A stretch of DNA of 64,000 nt, taken from assembly GCA_034423195.1 (NCBI GenBank), contig DAOUIZ010000066.1, positions 95,740-159,739 on the forward strand, read 5' to 3'. The translations under genes and the position numbers were made by a program. Source of the DNA: Dehalococcoidia bacterium. Its GTDB lineage: Bacteria > Chloroflexota > Dehalococcoidia > Lucifugimonadales > UBA3495. The stretch's first letter is position 1; the number at the start of each line of letters is the position of its first letter. This document shows, in pieces, positions 56,978 to 64,000 of the stretch. The notes below the pieces were generated by a model. That model was not told the DNA's origin. It did no database searches and saw nothing but the letters and a program-made list of their open reading frames with translations.

Positions 56978-58888
56978 ATGCCTAAAGTCCTTGGTATAGA
57001 CCTGGGAACGACCAACTCGGTCGCCGCCGTCGTTGAGGCGGGCGACCCGGTGGTGGTGGAAAACGCCGAGGGGGGACGCCTGACTCCTTCGGTAGTGGCG
57101 GTGAATGCCCGCAGCAGCGAACGCTACGTGGGGCAGACGGCCAAGCGGCAGGCGGTGACGAATCCCGAGAACACGGTGTTCTCCGTGAAGCGGCTGATGG
57201 GCCGCAAGTTCGAGGACAACGAAGTCAAGACGGCGGTCGGACGGCTGCCGTACAAGATCGTCCGGTCTTCGAACGGGGACGCCCATGTTGAGATGGCGGG
57301 GGAGAGCTACGCTCCGCCCCAGATTTCGTCCATGGTGCTGCAGAAGATACGGCAGGACGCGGAGGCGAAGCTGGGAGAGAAGATCACCCAGGCTGTGATC
57401 ACCGTTCCGGCGTATTTCAACGACGCCCAGCGTCAGGCGACCAAGGACGCGGGGACGATTGCTGGGCTGGACGTGCTGCGGATCATCAACGAGCCCACGG
57501 CGTCCTCGCTGGCCTACGGGCTGGACAAGAAGCAGGCCGACGCCACCATTGCGGTGTTCGACCTGGGCGGGGGGACCTTCGACATAACGATCCTGTCCAT
57601 GGGTGAAGGGGTCTTCGAGGTCAAGTCCACCAACGGGGACACCTACCTGGGTGGGGACGACTTCGACGAGATGGTCCTGGAGTGGCTGCTCCAGGAGTTC
57701 CGGCAGGAGACGGGCATCGACCTGCGGAATGACAACATGGCCCTGCAGCGGCTGCGGGATGCGGCGGAGCGGGCGAAGATCGAGCTTTCCAGCACGATGG
57801 AGACGGAGATCAACCTGCCGTTCATCACCGCCGACGCCAGCGGGCCGCAGCACCTGATCAAGCCGCTGAGCCGTGCCAGGCTGGAACAGCTGGTGGCCGA
57901 CCTGGTTGACCGGACGGAACAGCCCTGCAAGCAGGCGTTGAGCGACGCGGGTCTCTCTCCCAGCGAGGTTGACGATGTGATCCTGGTGGGCGGCATGACC
58001 CGGATGCCGGCGGTGCAGGAGAAGGTGAAGACCATTTTCGGCCAGGACCCCAGCCGGTCGGTGAACCCGGACGAGGCCGTGGCGCTGGGAGCGGCGATCC
58101 AGGGCGGCGTGCTGGCGGGAGACGTGAGCGACATCGTCCTGCTGGACGTGAGCCCGTTGACGCTGGGACTGGAGACGCTGGGGAGCGTGATGACTACGCT
58201 CATCCCGCGAAACACGACCATCCCCACCAAGAAGACGGAGACGTTCACGACGGCGGCCGACTCGCAGACCAGCGTGGATATCCACGTGCTGCAGGGGGAG
58301 CGGCCGATGGCGACGGACAACAAGTCCATTGGACGGTTCATCCTGGACGGCATCCTGCCGGCGCCAAGGGGAGTGCCCCAGATCGACGTGACCTTCGATA
58401 TTGACGCCAACGGCATCCTGAGCGTGTCGGCCCAGGACAAGGGGACGGGCAAGGAGCAGAAGATCGTCATCCAGCCAAGCTCGGGCCTGTCCCAGAACGA
58501 GATCGAGGACATGGTCAGCGAGGCCAAGTCCCACGAGGCGGAGGACCAGCGGCGAAGGGCTGAAATCGAGACCAGGAACCAGGCGGACACGCTGGTGTAC
58601 AACACGGAGAAGATGCTGGCGGACAACGCCGGGAACATTCCCGAGGACCTGAAGACCGAGGTCGAGGGGAAAATCGCCACCCTGAAGGGGGCCATCGAGG
58701 CGAACGACGTGGCCCAGATGCAAACGGCGATGGCCGACGTGAACGACTCGATGCAGCGGTTGGGGCAGGCGGTCTACGCGCAGTCCCAGCCGGGAGCGTC
58801 CGCTCCTGACATGGACATGGGCGGCGAACCGCCCTCCGGCGACGACAGCGGGGACAACACGGTGGAGGGTGAGTTCCGGGAGGTGTAG
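56978..58888 (+). CDS. dnaK: molecular chaperone DnaK
   Basis: 636-aa ORF with [17 protein letters not shown] and [11 protein letters not shown] Hsp70 signatures. GAGGAG lies upstream. Confidence 0.97.
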   Translation: MPKVLGIDLGTTNSVAAVVEAGDPVVVENAEGGRLTPSVVAVNARSSERYVGQTAKRQAVTNPENTVFSVKRLMGRKFEDNEVKTAVGRLPYKIVRSSNGDAHVEMAGESYAPPQISSMVLQKIRQDAEAKLGEKITQAVITVPAYFNDAQRQATKDAGTIAGLDVLRIINEPTASSLAYGLDKKQADATIAVFDLGGGTFDITILSMGEGVFEVKSTNGDTYLGGDDFDEMVLEWLLQEFRQETGIDLRNDNMALQRLRDAAERAKIELSSTMETEINLPFITADASGPQHLIKPLSRARLEQLVADLVDRTEQPCKQALSDAGLSPSEVDDVILVGGMTRMPAVQEKVKTIFGQDPSRSVNPDEAVALGAAIQGGVLAGDVSDIVLLDVSPLTLGLETLGSVMTTLIPRNTTIPTKKTETFTTAADSQTSVDIHVLQGERPMATDNKSIGRFILDGILPAPRGVPQIDVTFDIDANGILSVSAQDKGTGKEQKIVIQPSSGLSQNEIEDMVSEAKSHEAEDQRRRAEIETRNQADTLVYNTEKMLADNAGNIPEDLKTEVEGKIATLKGAIEANDVAQMQTAMADVNDSMQRLGQAVYAQSQPGASAPDMDMGGEPPSGDDSGDNTVEGEFREV

Positions 58889-58999
58889 AGTCCGGCGTGG
58901 AGGGCAAAAGCGCTGCTGGACATATTACTGCGGGAGGAGGGATTCTGATATAATAGCCACAGGCACCAAGCAAGCCTGTCCGCAGGAAACACCCGGAGA

Positions 59000-59290
59000 G
59001 TGATGATGAGTGCACAACAAGACAGGGCAGACCAAGAGGTATCAGGAGCCGACAACACGTTGGTGATCGAGGGAGTGGAGCAGAACCTGACCCCCCTCCA
59101 GTACCACTACCTGAGCCTGCTGCAGCGACTCATTGCCACGAAGAACAGCTACCAGGGCAACCCGGAAGTTGAGGAGTGGATGATGGAAGCGGTGAAGAAG
59201 TCCATCTACTCGGCCTTGAGGGACTGCATGGAAGCCAACGTTGGCGACGCGGCCAAGGAGATGCTGAACGCGGACGCCCACTTCGATTAG
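59000..59290 (+). CDS. hypothetical small protein
   Basis: 96-aa ORF with moderate coding-like composition and no recognisable motif. Confidence 0.45.
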   Translation: MMMSAQQDRADQEVSGADNTLVIEGVEQNLTPLQYHYLSLLQRLIATKNSYQGNPEVEEWMMEAVKKSIYSALRDCMEANVGDAAKEMLNADAHFD

Positions 59291-59360
59291 ACCAGCGCCT
59301 GGTCCAACGCCGGCGCAGGCCGGCAAGCAAGCCAATTTTCTGGGAGGTTAGTCCTTGGGG

Positions 59361-60488
59361 CTAACCTCCCAGTCCGTGTACGGGGAACACGTCGCGCTTG
59401 ATGGCCGCAACGCTCTCCTCGGCCATCCGCCGGGCATCATCGCGTACTTCTGGAGGCACATCGGTCTCGACGGTATCGCGGAGGCGGGACAGGTGGTGTT
59501 CCCCGGCGAAGCGGGGCGGGATTGGGTCGGGCCATTCCTCTCCCAGCATGATGCCGTAGGCGAGGGTCCAGCAGCGGGCCACTGCGCCGAGATCGTATCC
59601 ACCACCGCCCAGGGCCAGCCAGGGAAGGCCAAGGTTGGAGAATTCCGCGATGGCGGCGGTGAATCCGCGAGAGGTGACCTGGAGGTGGGTGAGGGGGTCG
59701 GTGTGGTAGCTGTCGATTCCCATCTGGGTGACGAGGATATCCGGGGCGAATCCTCGAATGAGGGGAAGGACGACCTGGCGGAAGGCCCAGAGGTACAGTT
59801 CGTCCTCGGTGTAGGGATAGAGGGGTACGTTGACCGAGTATCCTGAGCCCGGCCCGGTGCCGGTCTCGGAAGTGAAGCCGGTCCCGGGGAAAAGATAGCG
59901 TCCCGATTCATGCATGGATATGGTGAGCACCCGGGAGTCGTTGAAGAAGGCTTCCTGGACTCCGTCGCCGTGGTGGGCGTCGATGTCCACGTAGGCGACG
60001 CGCTTGCCGTGGTTGAGGAAGTGCTTGATGGCGATGACCGGGTCGTTGAAGATGCAGAACCCGGATGCGTGTCCGGCGGCGGCGTGGTGGAGCCCGCCGG
60101 AGATGTTGTAGGCCACGTCAACCTGTCCGCCCAGGACAAGCTCGGCGGCGACGAGGGAGGCCCCGGTGCTGAGGAGAGCGGCATCGTACATTCCCGAATA
60201 AACGGGGTTGTCGCCCGCGGCGCTGAACCCGTAACCTTCGGGGCGGTATCCGGATAGCCCCAGGCTGAGGCTGCGGACGGCGGCGAGGTAGTCGGGGGTG
60301 TGGAAGAGCTGGACCTCTTCCTCGGCGGCGGCCCGGGGACTGACGAGGCGGGAGTTGCCTCCGTCGAAGGCCCCGTAGGCGTTGAGCAGGTCGAAGGTAT
60401 GCTTCAAGCGAATGGGACGCATGGGATGGTCGTGGCGGAGGACGTGACCGGCAAGGGCGTCTTCGTAAACAAAGGCGGCACGGGGCAT
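59361..60488 (-). CDS. histone deacetylase family protein (AcuC / acetoin utilization-like)
   Basis: 375-aa ORF with GGLHHA, DIDAHHGDG and the GGGGY C-terminal block of class I HDAC-like enzymes. Confidence 0.85.
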   Translation of the reverse strand: MPRAAFVYEDALAGHVLRHDHPMRPIRLKHTFDLLNAYGAFDGGNSRLVSPRAAAEEEVQLFHTPDYLAAVRSLSLGLSGYRPEGYGFSAAGDNPVYSGMYDAALLSTGASLVAAELVLGGQVDVAYNISGGLHHAAAGHASGFCIFNDPVIAIKHFLNHGKRVAYVDIDAHHGDGVQEAFFNDSRVLTISMHESGRYLFPGTGFTSETGTGPGSGYSVNVPLYPYTEDELYLWAFRQVVLPLIRGFAPDILVTQMGIDSYHTDPLTHLQVTSRGFTAAIAEFSNLGLPWLALGGGGYDLGAVARCWTLAYGIMLGEEWPDPIPPRFAGEHHLSRLRDTVETDVPPEVRDDARRMAEESVAAIKRDVFPVHGLGG

Positions 60489-60632
60489 GGGGTATCTCCT
60501 GATTCAATCGGGCCGGGGCATGGATTGGACGGGAACTGGGCCGGAGCATAACGAACCTGCATCATGGAGGTCAACGCCCCGTGATACACTTTCGATATCA
60601 TTCATGATGGACCTGCATGATGGACCTGGAAG

Positions 60633-61256
60633 ATGAAGAGGGAGCCTGGCGAGGCGGTTTCGGGGGTTGTCCTGGCGGGCGGGCAGAGCCGGAGGCTGGG
60701 CCGGGACAAGGCCGTGGAGATCGTAGGGGGGCAGCCAATAATCCGCCGGGTGCTGGAACGGGTGGCCGGACTGACGTCGGAGAACATCGTGGTGGCGGCG
60801 GACCAGGCCCGGGGAGATGCCCTGCATTTGCCTGATAACACTCGGATTGTCCCAGACCTTTACCCCGGGATGGGGTCGCTGGGAGGCATATTTTCCGGGC
60901 TGGCAGCAGCAAGGAACGATTGGGCGGTGGTGGCGGCGTGCGATATGCCCTTCCTTAACGCGGACTTGCTGGGATACCTGCTGTCCCTCCGGGAGGGGGC
61001 TGACGTGGTCGCGCCAGTGGTGGAAGGGAGGCCGGAGCCGACCCACGCGCTTTATTCCAGGGAGTGCCTGCCCTTCATCGGGGAGCGGTTGAGTGCAGGG
61101 GAGCTCAAGATAACCGGCTTCTACGGCGGGGTGAGGGTGCGCTACGTGGAAGAGGAGGAAATCCGGCATTTTGACCCGGAGTTGCTGAGTTTCTTCAACG
61201 TCAACTCACCCCAGGACCTGGAACGGGCGCTGGCGCTGGCCGCGGAAGGGCGGTAG
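60633..61256 (+). CDS. mobA: molybdenum cofactor guanylyltransferase
   Basis: 207-aa ORF with VVLAGGQSRRLGRDKA and ACDMPF blocks. Confidence 0.85.
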   Translation: MKREPGEAVSGVVLAGGQSRRLGRDKAVEIVGGQPIIRRVLERVAGLTSENIVVAADQARGDALHLPDNTRIVPDLYPGMGSLGGIFSGLAAARNDWAVVAACDMPFLNADLLGYLLSLREGADVVAPVVEGRPEPTHALYSRECLPFIGERLSAGELKITGFYGGVRVRYVEEEEIRHFDPELLSFFNVNSPQDLERALALAAEGR

Positions 61257-61368
61257 GGGGTTTCTCACCCGCTCCTCACGGCCATCCCGCCGTCCGCATC
61301 CTGCAAAGTTTCTCCAAATTCCCCGACTATCCTGTCCATAGCAGAATCAGCCGTGGAGAGGTGGAGAA

Positions 61369-61881
61369 ATGTTGAACAGGCGGAATATCCTGATCGGGAT
61401 TGGAGCGTTCCTGGGCGTGGCAGTTATCTTGGTGGGAGCCATCGGAGTGGCAGGGCTGGTCCTCAAGCGCGGCGACGATGATGGGTGGAAGCGCGCCGGT
61501 AGGCTTGCTCCCGCTTCGCCCACAACGGTAGACCGGGCGGCCGGAATCCTGGGAGTGGAGCCGGAGGAGATGCGGGCGGCAATCATTGAAGCCCGCCGGG
61601 AGCAGGCCAATGAAGCCTACAAGGCCAGGCTGGACCGAATGGTGGAGGCGGGAACGCTGACGCAGGAGGAGGCGGACTCCCAGTACTCCTGGTTCCAGAA
61701 CCGTCCCGATGAGGACCTGGGAAGGCAGGGTTGGAAGCGGAGCGGCGCCGGACATGGCAGGGACGGTGAGTTCCGGCGGGGAAGCCGGGGACGGCATGAG
61801 GGGTTCGGGCCCAGGTTCGGGAAGCGCGGCGACCGGGACGTGGACGGCCCTGGCGAAGACGGCGCCGGTGGAGGCCAGTAG
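61369..61881 (+). CDS. hypothetical membrane-anchored protein
   Basis: 170-aa ORF with GGAGAGGTGGAG upstream. It has an N-terminal TM helix and a charged, Gly/Arg-rich C-terminus, and lies upstream of a two-component system. Confidence 0.55.
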   Translation: MLNRRNILIGIGAFLGVAVILVGAIGVAGLVLKRGDDDGWKRAGRLAPASPTTVDRAAGILGVEPEEMRAAIIEARREQANEAYKARLDRMVEAGTLTQEEADSQYSWFQNRPDEDLGRQGWKRSGAGHGRDGEFRRGSRGRHEGFGPRFGKRGDRDVDGPGEDGAGGGQ

Positions 61882-61945
61882 CCCGGCCCGGAACTTTTGC
61901 CTGGGAGCCAGGTGGGTTGCAGGTCGGTTGTTTGAAGGAACGGGA

Positions 61946-62632
61946 ATGGCCAGCACGGTTCTCATAGTGGAAGACAATCCCCACACCGTGGAACTGGTGA
62001 GCCTCTACCTGCGGCAGGACGGGTACTCAGTCCTGTCCGCCATGGACGGCATCGGTGGGCTGGAGCTTTTCCGGGAACACAATCCCGACCTGGTGGTGCT
62101 GGACCTGATGCTTCCCAGGCTGGACGGGCTGGAGGTGTGCCGGAGGGTGAGGGCCGAGTCGGAAGTCCCGATCATCATGCTGACGGCCCGGGTGGAGGAA
62201 GAGGACCGGGTTGCGGGCCTGGAGATGGGGGCGGACGACTACGTGACCAAGCCCTTCAGTCCCCGGGAACTGGCAGCCCGCATCCGGGCAGTCCTGCGGA
62301 GGGCAACGGCGGATACCGCCGCGCGGGGCGGCGCACCGCTGGTACACGGGGGAATCTCGGTGGATACCCGGAACCGGACTGCAACCCTGGACGGAGCGGT
62401 CCTCAAGCTGACTCCCACCGAGTTCCGGCTGTTGACGCTCCTGGTGCGGACGCCGGGCAAGACGTTCACCAGGGATGAGATCATCGACCGGGTGTTCGGG
62501 TACGACTTCGACGGGTTCGACCGCACCGTGGATTCGCACGTCTCCGGGCTGAGGCGGAAGCTGGACCGGGGAGGGGAACGGAGGTACATCCAGACGGTGT
62601 ACGGGGTGGGTTACCGGCTGGGCGACGGATAG
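61946..62632 (+). CDS. OmpR/PhoB-family response regulator
   Basis: The ATG at 61946 is in frame within track ORF 61709. The receiver has DLVVLDLMLPRLDG and the winged-helix output has LTPTEFRLL...VYGVGYRL. Confidence 0.92.
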   Translation: MASTVLIVEDNPHTVELVSLYLRQDGYSVLSAMDGIGGLELFREHNPDLVVLDLMLPRLDGLEVCRRVRAESEVPIIMLTARVEEEDRVAGLEMGADDYVTKPFSPRELAARIRAVLRRATADTAARGGAPLVHGGISVDTRNRTATLDGAVLKLTPTEFRLLTLLVRTPGKTFTRDEIIDRVFGYDFDGFDRTVDSHVSGLRRKLDRGGERRYIQTVYGVGYRLGDG

Positions 62633-62634
62633 AG

Positions 62635-64000
62635 ATGCGGAGGTTCCTGTTCAGTCTCTGGTTCCGGCTGGTGCTGGGGTTCGGCCTGATCCTGGCCGCC
62701 ACCCTGTTCAGCGTGAGTTTCTATATCTCGAAAGCCTCGGAGCGGGAGGCGGCCGGATTCGAGCGGCAACAGGAGACGGTGCGGCGGGAAAGGGCGCACC
62801 GTCTCATCGTCCGCACCCTGTCGGTGGAGGAATCCGGAGCTACCACGGAGTCCCACGAACTGCAGACCACGCTGGAACGGGTGGGCCCGGCGGTGGGGCG
62901 TAGGATAGTTGTGCTGGACAAGGAAGGGAACGTAGTCGGGGACTCGGCCCGGCGGTCCGGCCATCCGGGGCATCGGTGGAAAGACCGGGGAACGAGGCGG
63001 CCCATCGTGGTGGAGGACCGGCAGGTGGGGTTTATCGAGTTCGGGCCTCCACCGGAGGGAGAGGAACCCGACGATCCCCAGGTATCGAACCTGGTGTCTT
63101 CCCTGAACGCCTACCTGCTGTGGGCGGGCGTGGCCGGCGGCCTGGGGGGCGTGGTCCTGGCTTCGCTGGTGTCGCGGCAGATTCTGGCGCCGGTGAAGGC
63201 CCTGGGCACGGCGGCGAACCGGCTGGGACGGGGAGACCTTTCCATCCGGGCGGACACCAGGGGTCCGGCAGAAATCCAGGAACTGGCGGACAGCTTCAAC
63301 CGGATGGCGGGGAGCCTCCAGTCGGCGGAGGCCCAGCGGAGGAGCCTGGTGGCGGACGTGGCCCACGAGCTGCGGACGCCCCTGGCGAACATCCAGGGAT
63401 ACCTGGAGGCCGTCCGGGATGGACTCCTGGAACCCGACGAGCAGACCATAGACACCATCCACGGGCAGGTGCTGCTCCTGGGGAGGCTGGTTGAGGACCT
63501 GCGGCTGCTGGCCCGGGCCGAGGGGGGATCGTTGCCCCTCGACATGGAGCCGGACTCGCTGCAAGAAGTGGTGGGACGGGCGGTGAACGCCGCCCGCCCG
63601 AGAGCGGAGGCGAACAGCATTCAGCTTGACTATGGTGAGCCGGAGGAGCCGGTGCTGGCTCTGATGGACCGGACCCGGATCGCGCAGGTAATCTCCAACC
63701 TTCTGGACAACGCCTTGCAGCACACGCCGGAAGGAGGCCGGGTTGAGGTTTCCCTGGCGTTGCTGGAAGGGGACCGGGTGCGCGTCGCGGTAACGGACAA
63801 TGGAGAGGGGATTCCCGAAGAGGACCTGCAGAGGGTATTCGACCGCTTCTACCGGGTGGACTCCTCCCGCTCCCGGGCAAGCGGGGGAGCCGGCCTGGGG
63901 CTGACCATAGTGAAGGGGCTGGTGGAAGCCCACGGCGGCAGCGTGGGAGCGGAAAGCCCATCCCAAGGCGGAACCAGGGTCTGGTTCGACCTGGCCCGGT
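62635..64000 (+). CDS. sensor histidine kinase (partial, runs off window end)
   Basis: Absent from the ORF track because there is no stop codon in the window. My translation from the ATG at 62635 is open to 64000. It shows 2 TM segments, a HAMP domain, the H-box VADVAHELRTPL, the N-box SNLLDNALQHT, and DNGEGIP and GGAGLGLTIV. Confidence 0.9.
   Translation, partial: MRRFLFSLWFRLVLGFGLILAATLFSVSFYISKASEREAAGFERQQETVRRERAHRLIVRTLSVEESGATTESHELQTTLERVGPAVGRRIVVLDKEGNVVGDSARRSGHPGHRWKDRGTRRPIVVEDRQVGFIEFGPPPEGEEPDDPQVSNLVSSLNAYLLWAGVAGGLGGVVLASLVSRQILAPVKALGTAANRLGRGDLSIRADTRGPAEIQELADSFNRMAGSLQSAEAQRRSLVADVAHELRTPLANIQGYLEAVRDGLLEPDEQTIDTIHGQVLLLGRLVEDLRLLARAEGGSLPLDMEPDSLQEVVGRAVNAARPRAEANSIQLDYGEPEEPVLALMDRTRIAQVISNLLDNALQHTPEGGRVEVSLALLEGDRVRVAVTDNGEGIPEEDLQRVFDRFYRVDSSRSRASGGAGLGLTIVKGLVEAHGGSVGAESPSQGGTRVWFDLAR

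Noticed and set aside
60602-60627. Tandem direct repeat CATGATGGACCTG x2 just upstream of mobA.
   Set aside because: It is a single short duplication with no further copies seen and no obvious structure. It is probably a slippage duplication in the 5' region.

Overview
This is a 64-kb stretch of a high-GC bacterial chromosome. 60-nt samples were about two-thirds G+C, and small AT-richer islets occur. The long ORFs antisense to the real genes are shadow ORFs typical of GC-rich DNA.

Gene content points to a monoderm-type Chloroflexota- or Actinomycetota-like lineage, which I cannot resolve without database searches. The supporting genes are UPF0182, GlnII plus GlnA, HspR-GrpE-DnaK, and many lipobox proteins with long low-complexity tethers.

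Mostly housekeeping content:
- an interrupted arginine cluster (argJ, argB, argD, argG)
- two tRNA-Gly genes
- a Liv-type branched-chain amino-acid ABC system
- two Amt transporters with glnII and glnA
- pth, ligA and hspR-grpE-dnaK
- mobA, a molybdopterin oxidoreductase and a two-component system

Observations worth a second look:
1. The nitrogen locus has no PII gene. It carries two unannotated paralogous single-TM micro-ORFs between the two amt genes.
2. Three transcription units in that locus are each preceded by the same 11-bp-phased four-pentamer operator. Its geometry is that of an actinobacterial GlnR box.
3. selD is only complete if an in-frame UGA is read as selenocysteine, which the ORF track misses.
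4. A same-strand block reads SDR, HEPN/PaREP1-like, HEPN/PaREP1-like, SDR, EEP nuclease-like. The two SDRs are about 90% identical paralogs, and a third PaREP1-like gene sits in an AT-rich islet.
5. A lipoprotein has 20 uninterrupted collagen G-X-Y triplets fused to two sCache-like domains.
6. Three tandem bicupin paralogs lie next to selD.
7. Two intergenic repeat families are present. One is built on an ATTCCC-N8-GGGAAT hairpin and exists in a short form and a long (about 160 nt) form, always oriented with the upstream gene.

All functional calls rest on motif and family recognition by eye. No searches or computations beyond manual counting were possible.
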